From: Candidatus Omnitrophota bacterium
GTDB lineage: Bacteria > Omnitrophota > Gorgyraeia > Gygaellales > Profunditerraquicolaceae
Direction of reading: 5' to 3'
Length of the DNA: 64,000 nucleotides
Assembly: GCA_026387455.1 (NCBI GenBank)
Contig: JAPLLR010000046.1
Location: 4,921 to 68,920, forward strand
Position 1 is the stretch's first letter. Every line of letters begins with the position of its first letter. The notes under the pieces are model-generated. The model searched no databases, was not told where the DNA came from, and saw only the letters and a list, made by a program, of their open reading frames with translations. The position numbers and the translations under genes were made by a program. This document shows, piece after piece, positions 1 through 8,139 of the stretch.

Positions 1-1640
1 CTGTTGGTTATAAAGGAAATATTGATAACGAACCGGCTTTACAGAAGGCTGTAAACCAAGATGCCCAGAATAGGCAAGATGCTCAGAAGTATGGCATTAA
101 GTATGACCCTAACAATCAGGCAGGGTTTCAGAAGGCTTTAGAGAAGGCCAAGGCCGCTAATCCAGCTGGTGTTCAAAGCACTTCGGCTCCGGGTAAGGCA
201 GTACAAGATTCCCTTGGAGCAGGAGCATCCCAGAAAGATAAAAAATCCCAGGATGTACCGTCAAGTAAACCATTAGGATTTGGGGAATTTAATTTAACCA
301 TGTCTCCTGAAGATACTTGGAGCCATATGTCAGCAGCAGACGTAAATGGCCTTTCGCCAGAGGAACGCGGGAAAGCTATAGCACATAGAACTAAAATAGC
401 AGAAGAAAAACAAGCAGAAACAAAATTAGTGCAGGACAGTTGGTCAAAATTTGAACAAAGTGACGGCGCTGCTTCTCTGGATGCCTTAGTGAATTTAAAA
501 GAACATAATAGATACTCTAGGGTAGAGGGAGCAGAAGATAAGATTAAAAACTATAACCCTGAGAGATTCTTTAAGGAGCAGTACGAGCAAGATTCAGAAG
601 CATTGGCTGATATTAAAGTACTGGGAAAACTTGCGGAAATGGGCAATACTCAAGCTGAAGAATTGTTGAAAAAAATAGACCCCAAGCAGATCAGTGCTCC
701 GAGTCTTAAGACTATGGAAGCATTGGCAGGGTATAGAAATCCCTTGGCAGTAGCTATGTTTTACAGGGGCGAACTGGGTTCTGCCGAAGAGAGCGCATTC
801 AGAAGTTATCTCTATGGAAATTATGGTGGGCCTAGTAATTCAGAAAATAGAAAAGAACTAATCCAAGATTTGCGTCAGAATCCCCAGACTGAAGAAATAG
901 GAGATTTGCTTGCGCAGACCGAGTCACAGGGCATTACCCAGCCTTTTACCTTTAGTCTACCGGATCTACAAAAGATAGTAGAAAGCAGCGAAAATATAGG
1001 GGATGAAGACACTCGACCTTGGGCTCTTATTATTGCTCCCCAAAGAGACGATAATAAAGCTTTCATGGAAGTTCCGGGAGCACCCGGAAAAGCCACAATC
1101 TCTGAATTAATTGATAATGGATATCGCATAAAATATGTTGAAGCTGGGGGAGGAGATACGACGCCGGGAGAGGAAATCCCTAAGATTATAAAAGACTTTT
1201 CTCAAGAGCCGGCTTCACAAGGCCAAAAGCCGGCAGTAGTTGATATCAGGGGGCATGGTTCTACTGACGGAAGGTCAATGACTTTTGGAGATAAGCCTGA
1301 CTGGGGTAATGGAGTGCCTGATCTTTCAAACAGTTTTTCTGCTTATGACGCTGACAAGAACGCTGAAGATTTGTCACCTTATATAGGCACAAATACGATA
1401 ATACTCGTGGAAAGTTGTTCTTCCGGTAAATGCAGCACTAACCAGGTCCCAACTAAAAATGTCGCGCAATTAATCCGTCAATATTTCCCATCAAGAGGAA
1501 CAATCTATGCGCCGACAGAACCAACTCCCGGAACTACACCGAAATTTGATTCCATAAGCCATCAAGTTACTGATGTTGGGTTTCCAAATTCAGGAACTTA
1601 TACAAATTTTCCAACCGCAGTCGGGACAGATAATAAATAA
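1..1640 (+). CDS. 5'-truncated ORF, in frame from position 3 with no stop back to the window edge; the ATG at 300 is an internal Met. C-terminal part carries a His...Cys dyad (DIRGHGSTDG ... ILVESCSSGKC) resembling clan CD (caspase/legumain-like) cysteine peptidases.
   Basis: Frame 0 is open from nt 3 to the TAA at 1638-1640; upstream translation is protein-like (VGYKGNIDNEPALQKAVNQDAQ...). GHG and ESCxSG motifs are spaced as in legumain (EACESGS)/caspase folds. Product call is by motif resemblance only. Confidence 0.55.
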   Translation, partial: VGYKGNIDNEPALQKAVNQDAQNRQDAQKYGIKYDPNNQAGFQKALEKAKAANPAGVQSTSAPGKAVQDSLGAGASQKDKKSQDVPSSKPLGFGEFNLTMSPEDTWSHMSAADVNGLSPEERGKAIAHRTKIAEEKQAETKLVQDSWSKFEQSDGAASLDALVNLKEHNRYSRVEGAEDKIKNYNPERFFKEQYEQDSEALADIKVLGKLAEMGNTQAEELLKKIDPKQISAPSLKTMEALAGYRNPLAVAMFYRGELGSAEESAFRSYLYGNYGGPSNSENRKELIQDLRQNPQTEEIGDLLAQTESQGITQPFTFSLPDLQKIVESSENIGDEDTRPWALIIAPQRDDNKAFMEVPGAPGKATISELIDNGYRIKYVEAGGGDTTPGEEIPKIIKDFSQEPASQGQKPAVVDIRGHGSTDGRSMTFGDKPDWGNGVPDLSNSFSAYDADKNAEDLSPYIGTNTIILVESCSSGKCSTNQVPTKNVAQLIRQYFPSRGTIYAPTEPTPGTTPKFDSISHQVTDVGFPNSGTYTNFPTAVGTDNK

Positions 1641-1734
1641 ATATCTAGTTAATCCAAGCATAACCCTCTGTCATTTCCCAATAAAACTAAAAGAGACTAT
1701 AAATTTCTGTTGCAAGAGCTGATCTGTTTCCGCC

Positions 1735-1763
1735 TTGACAAAAAATTCGTTCGGTAGGATAAT
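1735..1763 (+). promoter_or_regulatory. sigma70-type promoter candidate TTGACA-N17-GATAAT upstream of the ATPase gene pair
   Basis: TTGACA at 1735-1740, 17-nt spacer, GATAAT at 1758-1763; 57 nt upstream of the ATPase start; AGAGAGG SD at about 1808-1814. Confidence 0.55.
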
Positions 1764-1819
1764 ACAGTTGCTTCGCATAAAATTAAATTAATTTGTAAGT
1801 ATAAAAAAGAGAGGCTGAT

Positions 1820-2893
1820 ATGGAAAGTAAGAAATTAGATTTAGGCCCGGTTCAGAAACTTATTGATGACCCCTCAATATCCGAGATTATGGTTAATGGC
1901 CCTAAAAAGATATTTGTGGAGAAAAACGGGAAAAAGATGTTAAGTGATAGTGTGTTTTCCGGAGAGGAAGAGCTGCTCAGAACTATAGAAAAGTTTTTTA
2001 GTGCCGTTGGGAAACGCGTTGGTAAGGATATCCCTTATGGAGACGTCTGTCTTGAGGATGGCACACGCGTAAATATAATGATGGCGCCTGTTTCACGTTT
2101 TGGTACAGCAGTAACCTTCAGGAAATTCTCTAAGCAGATAGGCTCACTCCAGGATCTAATTGCTAATGGAACCTTAACCCAGAAAGCAGCCGAATTTCTG
2201 ATAGCCTCCATTAAGGGCAAGATAAATATAATATTTTCCGGGGGTACGGGAACTGGCAAAACTACGCTTTTGCAAATGCTTTCTAATTATTTCGCTCCCC
2301 AGGAAAGAGTAGTTACTATTGAAGATGCCGCAGAACTAAGATTCACGCAGGAGAACTATATTTCTATGGAGACAAGGACGCCTGATGAATTTGGCAAGGG
2401 AGGGGTTAGTCTGAAAGATTTAATTTCCAATGCCTTGCGTATGACTCCCGATCGCATTATCGTAGGCGAGGTGCGCGGAGAAGAGGCGATAAACATGTTT
2501 CAGGCTATGGCTACGGGCCATTCCGGGACCATAGGGGTTGTGCATGGAAATTCACCTAAGGATGTGGTAGCCCGCTTAGAAACTATGGTTTTAATGTCAG
2601 GGATGAATATCCCGATGTTAGAATCAAGAAAAATAATTGCTTCTACTATTAATTTAATTGTTCATTTAGAAAGAGTCCAGGATGGTAGCCGTAAGGTTAC
2701 CTATATCACTGAAGTCAGAGGTTTGGATAATAATGAAATCCTGCTTAATGATTTATTTAGTTTTAGTTTTGAGAAGATGGAAAATGATAAAGTAATAGGA
2801 AGCCTTAAGCCGACAATAAAATATTATCCTTTATTCTTTCAGCGCTTTCAGAAACTAAACTTATTAGCTAATGATATATTCGTTAGTGATTAA
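1820..2893 (+). CDS. CpaF/TadA-family (VirB11-like) type II/IV secretion-pilus assembly ATPase
   Basis: 357-aa ORF; Walker A FSGGTGTGKTTLLQML (about 2238-2285); conserved TPDRIIVGEVRGEEA and GHSGTIGVVHGNS motifs typical of CpaF/TadA ATPases; SD AAGAGAGG upstream. Confidence 0.88.
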   Translation: MESKKLDLGPVQKLIDDPSISEIMVNGPKKIFVEKNGKKMLSDSVFSGEEELLRTIEKFFSAVGKRVGKDIPYGDVCLEDGTRVNIMMAPVSRFGTAVTFRKFSKQIGSLQDLIANGTLTQKAAEFLIASIKGKINIIFSGGTGTGKTTLLQMLSNYFAPQERVVTIEDAAELRFTQENYISMETRTPDEFGKGGVSLKDLISNALRMTPDRIIVGEVRGEEAINMFQAMATGHSGTIGVVHGNSPKDVVARLETMVLMSGMNIPMLESRKIIASTINLIVHLERVQDGSRKVTYITEVRGLDNNEILLNDLFSFSFEKMENDKVIGSLKPTIKYYPLFFQRFQKLNLLANDIFVSD

Positions 2894-2920
2894 ATGAGCC
2901 TTTAACGGACGCAATATCCG

Positions 2921-2929
2921 TGATATAAT
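2921..2929 (+). promoter_or_regulatory. possible internal extended -10 promoter (TGATATAAT) ahead of the second ATPase gene
   Basis: Perfect TGnTATAAT at 2921-2929 in the 100-nt gap between the two ATPase genes; no good -35. Confidence 0.3.
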
Positions 2930-2993
2930 ATAAACAATGTGTAACGGCAGGCATAAAGCGAATAGAATTTAAGGGAGAAAGACGGCTAAGCTT

Positions 2994-4322
2994 ATGGAAA
3001 AAGAAAGAATTGCGATAGAAAACGAGATTCTGGACAGGCTGGCAGGCAAGATCTTTCTTTTGCAGGACCGGGCGAATAAGCGCGATATCATTTTTCAGAA
3101 GTTCCTGGAGGTGTATAATTCTATCCCCGGACAGGGGCTGGTGAGCAAGTTAAAAAACACGGACATGGAAGTCCTTTTTAATGATTTTTTTTCTTACGGG
3201 TTGATCGACGAGTTTCTTTCTGACCCAAAAGTAGAAGATATCATGATCAACCATCTTTCTCCTATATACGTGCATAAGACAAACTCCGGGTTGGTTAAGA
3301 CAGATAAGAGGTACACCTCCCGCGAAGAGCTGGATCTGTTGATTAAAAAGCTGGTTATTTTTTCTGGCAGGAAAGAAATCAAGAAGATCAACAATATAGA
3401 GCTTGCTGAGGTTAAAGGAAGAGGCAACATAGTTTATTCTCCTTTCGGGCCGCAGATCACAATCACGCGCGCCAAGGAAAAGCCGCTAAGCATAATTGAG
3501 TTGATTGAGAATGGTACGCTTAACCCTGAGATCGCTGCGCAGTTCTGGTTTTATGTGGAAGGATTAGGGGTTAAGCCCGCAAATATTGTCATATCCGGCG
3601 GGCCCGGGGCGGGAAAATCCACGCTCTTAAACGCGCTTTTTAGTTTTATTCCCGTACATGACCGCATTGTAGTCATTGAAGATACTCTGGAGTTAAATAC
3701 CACCCTTCAGGAGAATTGCTCGCGCCTGGAAAGCGATGAAGATGTATTGCTTATGGATTTGGTGAAGAACTCCCTGCGTATGCGGCCGGACAGGATCATT
3801 GTCGGCGAGGTCCGCGGCCAGGAAGCCCAGGATTTGATGACGGCGATGAACATCGGTAAATACTGCATGGGAACAATGCATGCTTCTACCGCCAGGGAAA
3901 CGATCATCAGGCTTCAGAACGAGCCGATGAATGTTCCGGAAGTATTGGTAAATTTAGTGGATGTATTTGTGATTATGCGGCGTTATAATTTAAACGGCAG
4001 AATTAGCCGCGTGGTCGGCGAGCTGGCAGAGACTGCCGGTATGGCGGATAAGACGATCTTGCTTTCTACGCTATGGACTTATGATTTAGGAACGAATAAT
4101 TTTAAAGAATCTTCCGTAGGCAGCGAATACCGCGATAGGCTTGCGTTAGTGAGCGGTAGGAGCACAGTGGAGATTATGGAAGAATTGAAGTTTCGCTCCG
4201 GTATTATCAGGGCGATGTTGAAAAAAGGCATTAAGGAAATGAAGGATGTAACGGAATTTTTCCAGAGGTATGCCGCTGATCCCCGAGAGGCGGCCGCTTC
4301 ATTAGGCATTAAGAGTAGTTAG
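2994..4322 (+). CDS. second, paralogous CpaF/VirB11-like secretion ATPase (442 aa) with an N-terminal extension
   Basis: Walker A ISGGPGAGKSTLLNALF (about 3590-3640); RPDRIIVGEVRGQEA motif shared with the upstream paralog; SD AAGGGAGAAAG before the ATG. Confidence 0.85.
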   Translation: MEKERIAIENEILDRLAGKIFLLQDRANKRDIIFQKFLEVYNSIPGQGLVSKLKNTDMEVLFNDFFSYGLIDEFLSDPKVEDIMINHLSPIYVHKTNSGLVKTDKRYTSREELDLLIKKLVIFSGRKEIKKINNIELAEVKGRGNIVYSPFGPQITITRAKEKPLSIIELIENGTLNPEIAAQFWFYVEGLGVKPANIVISGGPGAGKSTLLNALFSFIPVHDRIVVIEDTLELNTTLQENCSRLESDEDVLLMDLVKNSLRMRPDRIIVGEVRGQEAQDLMTAMNIGKYCMGTMHASTARETIIRLQNEPMNVPEVLVNLVDVFVIMRRYNLNGRISRVVGELAETAGMADKTILLSTLWTYDLGTNNFKESSVGSEYRDRLALVSGRSTVEIMEELKFRSGIIRAMLKKGIKEMKDVTEFFQRYAADPREAAASLGIKSS

Positions 4323-4335
4323 GGACACTTCCTAC
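4320..4335. repeat. left terminal inverted repeat of the IS200-like element
   Basis: TAGGGACACTTCCTAC; overlaps the TAG stop (4320-4322) of the upstream ATPase gene. Confidence 0.75.
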
Positions 4336-4440
4336 CTTAGTAACATCATTTATATCAAGCACTTAGGATAATCAGGCTAAAATTCCACAAATTTTTCTGT
4401 TAGATTTTGCCACTTCCTTCGTCTATTATAGTGAGGAGGA

Positions 4441-5058
4441 ATGGTTATGTCTAGGACGGCACGCTTCATTCCACGGTATGGCTATCTACACATTATGTCA
4501 CGAGGTAATAATCGCCAACGCATTTTCTCATATGCACGCGACTATCGATTTTATTGCTCATGTTTGAGGAAACTTAAGGCAGAGGAGTCAGTTAAGATTC
4601 ATCACTATTGCTTGATGCCGAACCACCTACACCTTTTGCTTGGTGTAGGGCCGGCAAGCAATGTCGGCCGCTTCATGCAAAGGCTTGGGCTGAAGTATTT
4701 CTACTATTATCGCGCAAGGCGCGATTATATAGGGCATCTATTGCAAGGTAGGTTTAAGAGCAAGATAATTGTTGATGAAAAGTACTTTCTGCAATGCGGA
4801 AAGTATATTGAGTTAAACCCGGTGCGAGCGCAGCTGGTGAGTTTTCCGGAAGAATACGCTTATTCAAGCTATCGGCATTATGCCTTAGGAGGGGAAGATG
4901 AGATCGTCGATGACGACTTTTTCTATCTTAGCCTGCACAACGATGCCACTCGTCGAAAGGAGCTTTATTCAAATATGCTCTTTGATGAGAAAGGGTGTGC
5001 GAAACAATTGCATATTGATTCTTCTAACTTAATGTTTAACAATGAGTTAATAGAGTAG
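4441..5058 (+). CDS. IS200/IS605-family Y1 HuH transposase (RAYT-like), 205 aa
   Basis: HuH motif HHYCLMPNHLHLLL; conserved downstream region with catalytic-Tyr candidates (EYAYSSYRHY); SD AGGAGG at 4431-4436. The functional start may be the ATG at 4447 (MSRTARF...), which has better spacing. Confidence 0.85.
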   Translation: MVMSRTARFIPRYGYLHIMSRGNNRQRIFSYARDYRFYCSCLRKLKAEESVKIHHYCLMPNHLHLLLGVGPASNVGRFMQRLGLKYFYYYRARRDYIGHLLQGRFKSKIIVDEKYFLQCGKYIELNPVRAQLVSFPEEYAYSSYRHYALGGEDEIVDDDFFYLSLHNDATRRKELYSNMLFDEKGCAKQLHIDSSNLMFNNELIE

Positions 5059-5070
5059 GAAGTGTCCCTA
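5055..5070. repeat. right terminal inverted repeat of the IS200-like element
   Basis: GTAGGAAGTGTCCCTA; contains the transposase stop TAG (5056-5058) and, on the other strand, the TPR gene stop (CTA 5068-5070). Confidence 0.75.
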
Positions 5071-6132
5071 ATATCTTTTTTTAGAGCGAATAAACTCGGC
5101 TTTTTCAGATGCCTCTTTGGCTTTATCAGGTTTATTCATCTTTCGATAAAACTTTGCCATATTTTCCAGAACCTTGGCTACGTTTAGATGTTCCTGCCCA
5201 AGATTGCTCATCATTATCTCCAGAGAATCTTCATAAATATTCACTGCTTCTGCATATCGGGTTTCTTTTAAATAAAGCATAGGAAGATTATCTAAAACCC
5301 TGGGTGCATCCGGATGCCAAGGGCCGATATAAAGGTCATTGATATCCATTAGCCGTTTATAAATAGGCTCATTGATTTGTGACCATAGCTTGGCTGCCTC
5401 TGATTTAAGGCGGTTTATTGCCTTGTCAATGCTGGCATCCTCTTGATAAAAACAACTCTTGAACACTCCCCAGGCATACCTGTAATATTGTTCAGCTTCT
5501 GTAAATTTTTGCTGTTTTTCATATAATTTACCCATATCGGATGCCAAACGAATCAGTTTAGGATACTCTTGTCCGGAGTCTGCGATTGCCTGTAGGGAAG
5601 TCTTTAAAATACTTTCCGCCTCGGCGTATTTATGCTGATCCAGATATAAAGAACCTAGGTGGCTACGGACAATAGCAACGGCAGGATCATTGCTGCCTAA
5701 GTTTTTCTCCAGTATGTCTATAGAATTATTGTAAGAACTTTCCGCCTCGTTGAATTTACGCCACGCCTGATAATTCTCTCCCAGGGCATTCCAGACTTTA
5801 GCTGTATAAAGATTATCCAGCCCCAGGGTTAATTCATAGATTCCCAAAGCTTTTTGATAAAGCTCGTCAGCTTGCGCATAGTTGCCTTTAATCTTATAAA
5901 GAGTTGCTAAATTATTAATCATTGCAGCATCGTTAGGATGATCAGGCCCGAATTTTTTTTCAATTACGCCCAGGGCGCTAGTGCCCAGATCTATAGCTTT
6001 TTGATAATCCCCATAGATATAGGCATCGTTATATCCGTCAAGATATTCTTCAACTTGCCAGGATATATCTTCTTCAGCGTAAATTGAGGTAAATACAACA
6101 GCTATAAAAATGGCGATTAGAATCTTGCGCAT
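5068..6132 (-). CDS. TPR-repeat protein with N-terminal signal peptide (exported or lipoprotein-like), 354 aa
   Basis: N-terminus MRKILIAIFIAVVFTSIYA is a signal peptide. The body has recurrent 34-aa Tyr/Ala/Leu-patterned TPR-like units (e.g. AMINNLATLYKIKGNYAQADELYQKAL); convergent with the transposase. Confidence 0.8.
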   Translation of the reverse strand: MRKILIAIFIAVVFTSIYAEEDISWQVEEYLDGYNDAYIYGDYQKAIDLGTSALGVIEKKFGPDHPNDAAMINNLATLYKIKGNYAQADELYQKALGIYELTLGLDNLYTAKVWNALGENYQAWRKFNEAESSYNNSIDILEKNLGSNDPAVAIVRSHLGSLYLDQHKYAEAESILKTSLQAIADSGQEYPKLIRLASDMGKLYEKQQKFTEAEQYYRYAWGVFKSCFYQEDASIDKAINRLKSEAAKLWSQINEPIYKRLMDINDLYIGPWHPDAPRVLDNLPMLYLKETRYAEAVNIYEDSLEIMMSNLGQEHLNVAKVLENMAKFYRKMNKPDKAKEASEKAEFIRSKKRY

Positions 6133-6216
6133 TCATTCCTCCGATTTAACAACTTTAAGATCTTAATTATATTATAGTCTATTTCTTTCGATTTTACAAA
6201 TACTTTTGTCTCAAGC

Positions 6217-6260
6217 AATGTCCAATCTGTAATAAACTAGGCAAGGAATGTCCATTATTA
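6217..6260. promoter_or_regulatory. two direct copies of an AATGTCCA(A/T)T-containing 14-mer upstream of the 6393 gene (candidate operator or short repeat)
   Basis: AATGTCCAATCTGT at 6217-6230 and AATGTCCATTATTA at 6247-6260; two more copies lie just downstream of the same gene (7647-7680). Confidence 0.35.
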
Positions 6261-6392
6261 CCCAGAGACGCTTTTAGCTTTGGCTTGAGGGGTGCTTTTG
6301 TTTCTAGGAGAGAAAACGCTATCAATTAGTTAGTTTTTAGCGTTGATAAAGTTGGTCTGCATGTTACACTTTACCTATACTGGAATAAAACT

Positions 6393-7637
6393 ATGGAAGG
6401 CCTAATGATTGCAAAGCCAGCAAGATTACTTATTTTAGTTTTAATAATTGTTTTGAGCCTATTGTCTTCTAGGGTTGAGGCAGAAGATTATTATAGCGGC
6501 AACCCCTACTCTTCTCCGGAGCCAAGTTCTTCCGACAATCAGGCCCCCAATAATAGTTACAATAATTCCACGGTGATAAGCTCGTTTAATCCGCAGCCCG
6601 GCGGAGTAAATAATATTCCTAATAGTTACAATAATTCCACGGTGATAAGCTCGTTTAATTCGCAACCAAGCGCAGCTTATAAGGCCCTTAATAGTTCCAA
6701 TAATTCTATGGTGATAGGCTCGCTTAATTCGCAGTCCGGCGCAGCTTATAAGGCCCCTAGCAATTACAATAGTTACACGGTGATAAGCCCGTTTAGCTAT
6801 AACACATCTTCGCAGCCCGGCGGAGGATATAATAACTCGGGCAGCATAACAAGCTATCCTAACAGTTACAACAATTCCACGGTGACATATTCGTTTAGTT
6901 ATAACACACCTTCGCAGCCCGGCGGGGGCTATAATAACTCGGGCAGCATGACAAGCTATCCTAGCAGTTACAATAATCCCATGCTGACAAGCCCGTCTAG
7001 TTATACCACGCCTTCGCAGTCCGCAGAAGCTTATGATAACTCAGAAAGTATATACTCCAGCTCTGCTTCGCTATCCAATTACAATAGCGCTACTAATACG
7101 CCGAATTATGATAATACTGTGGCTCAAAGCGCCCCAACAATATATAATGATTTATCAGAAGCTATTTATAACTCTCCGGTAGTAACACAAGCCGAGAAAT
7201 TTGGTTTAAGCGTAGAGAAAATCGGAGGGGGGGTAGGGATTACGCCGTACGATCCTGTGAAAGATGCTGTTGTATCAGCTCTTAACGAAGGTTATGAATC
7301 AGTTGTAGTAACCGGCGAGGGGGTATTGATACCCAATCCGATACAAGGTGACAAGAAAAGCGTAGTTATAGACAATAATAATCCTTCCCTTATCGGGCCG
7401 AATGGTCTTTATAGTACGTACAGGTCTACAGCAGATTTGCTCGGGGATATTTCTTCTCATGATGCTAAAGTGGCTGCGGCAGCATATACCCCAACTTCAG
7501 TAGCGCAACCGACTGGCATGCTTTCTAATTATAGCCCGGCACCTGTAAATTATAAAAGCGATACTCCAACAAGTCAGAATTATCAGTATAATGTAGCGAC
7601 CCCACAGGTTGAAGATCCCCAAATAAAGGTAGAATAA
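6393..7637 (+). CDS. secreted Asn/Ser/Tyr/Pro-rich low-complexity repeat protein, 414 aa
   Basis: Signal peptide-like N-terminus (KPARLLILVLIIVLSLLSSRVEA); a series of degenerate repeats of about 23 aa NSYNNSTVISSFN(P/S)QPGG...; ends TAA at 7635-7637. Confidence 0.7.
   Translation: MEGLMIAKPARLLILVLIIVLSLLSSRVEAEDYYSGNPYSSPEPSSSDNQAPNNSYNNSTVISSFNPQPGGVNNIPNSYNNSTVISSFNSQPSAAYKALNSSNNSMVIGSLNSQSGAAYKAPSNYNSYTVISPFSYNTSSQPGGGYNNSGSITSYPNSYNNSTVTYSFSYNTPSQPGGGYNNSGSMTSYPSSYNNPMLTSPSSYTTPSQSAEAYDNSESIYSSSASLSNYNSATNTPNYDNTVAQSAPTIYNDLSEAIYNSPVVTQAEKFGLSVEKIGGGVGITPYDPVKDAVVSALNEGYESVVVTGEGVLIPNPIQGDKKSVVIDNNNPSLIGPNGLYSTYRSTADLLGDISSHDAKVAAAAYTPTSVAQPTGMLSNYSPAPVNYKSDTPTSQNYQYNVATPQVEDPQIKVE
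6541..7010 (+). repeat. tandem coding repeats of about 69 nt (about 23 aa), roughly 7 units, inside the 6393-7637 gene
   Basis: aatagttacaataattccacggtgataagctcgtttaat recurs with variants at 6541, 6610, 6679, 6748, 6840 and 6930. Confidence 0.7.
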
Positions 7638-7646
7638 TGACACAGT

Positions 7647-7680
7647 AATGTCCACTCTATAGATTGATTGTCCAATCTGT
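7647..7680. promoter_or_regulatory. two further copies of the AATGTCCAnT motif immediately downstream of the 6393 gene
   Basis: AATGTCCACTCTAT at 7647-7660 and ATTGTCCAATCTGT at 7667-7680, same orientation as the upstream pair. Confidence 0.35.
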
Positions 7681-7852
7681 TCTGATTTCTTCATAGACGT
7701 GAAAATTGGGTCAGGATTATGTTTTTGCTTCAACTTTAGCTAAATAAATGATTCTCATCACCATTTTTTAGCAGGAAGTAAACTCTTTTAGTTGCAATAA
7801 TTAGCGGATTTTAAAGGAAAGAAAGCGGTATCAAAACAAGTAGATTTTATGC

Positions 7853-7880
7853 TTGACAGCGACGATCTTAATGATATACT
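7853..7880 (+). promoter_or_regulatory. strong sigma70-type promoter candidate for the giant ORF: TTGACA-N16-TGaTATACT (extended -10)
   Basis: TTGACA at 7853-7858; TG at 7872-7873; TATACT at 7875-7880; predicted transcription start about 7887, about 250 nt upstream of ATG 8140. Confidence 0.55.
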
Positions 7881-7886
7881 TTGGGT

Positions 7887-8139
7887 GTAATGAAACGAAA
7901 GGGCAAACCAGGAGTAATCCTGGGGCGCAAAGCCGCGGATCCTAGAAGTTGGATTAAATAATTTTAAGTTTCTAGTTGTTAGGATAGCCGGGCTGCCGAA
8001 TACCGACGAAAAAATCAGTATTTGCCAGTTCGGCTTTTATTTTTAAGTAGTTAATAAGTAGTTTTAAAAATACTTTATAAACGAGAATATGAAAAACAAG
8101 AGGTTTTACCTCATAGTATTTAAATTAAAAGTATAATAA
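7887..8139 (+). promoter_or_regulatory. long structured 5' leader of the giant ORF (candidate regulatory RNA element)
   Basis: Hairpin CCAGGA-GTAA-TCCTGG (7908-7923) with a GNRA tetraloop; further pairing potential at 7936-7956; weak hairpin plus T-run at 7995-8044. No tRNA or known riboswitch signature recognised. Confidence 0.3.

Larger units (their letters stand above)
4320..5070 (+). mobile_element. 751-bp IS200-like / RAYT-like element: a single Y1 (HuH) transposase gene bounded by perfect 16-bp inverted repeats that begin with GTAG
   Basis: Left IR TAGGGACACTTCCTAC (4320-4335) is the exact reverse complement of right IR GTAGGAAGTGTCCCTA (5055-5070). The only gene between them is the HuH transposase. 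The 5'-GTAG head matches the conserved tetranucleotide of REP sequences associated with RAYTs. Confidence 0.7.

Noticed and set aside
300-302. ATG at 300 as the true start of the first gene
   Set aside because: The same frame is open and protein-like all the way back to nt 3 with no upstream stop. The gene is more likely 5'-truncated by the window.
875-1129. 84-aa minus-strand ORF inside the first CDS (also 2035-2259, 3194-3430, 3693-3907, 4079-4309)
   Set aside because: Embedded antisense within well-supported ATPase and peptidase-like genes; no independent signals.
4441-4446. Choice of ATG 4441 versus ATG 4447 as transposase start
   Set aside because: Not resolved. SD AGGAGG (4431-4436) is 4 nt from 4441 and 10 nt from 4447. 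The track coordinate is kept, with the alternative noted.
7995-8044. Rho-independent terminator (GCCGAA ... TTCGGC + TTTTATTTTT), which would define a separate small RNA between 7887 and 8044
   Set aside because: Only a 6-bp stem with a loop of about 28 nt, so predicted stability is poor. Treated as part of a structured leader rather than as a terminator or sRNA gene.
7887-8050. tRNA or other housekeeping RNA in the leader region
   Set aside because: No GTTCGA-type T-loop, no acceptor/anticodon cloverleaf, no SRP/6S/tmRNA signatures recognisable by eye.
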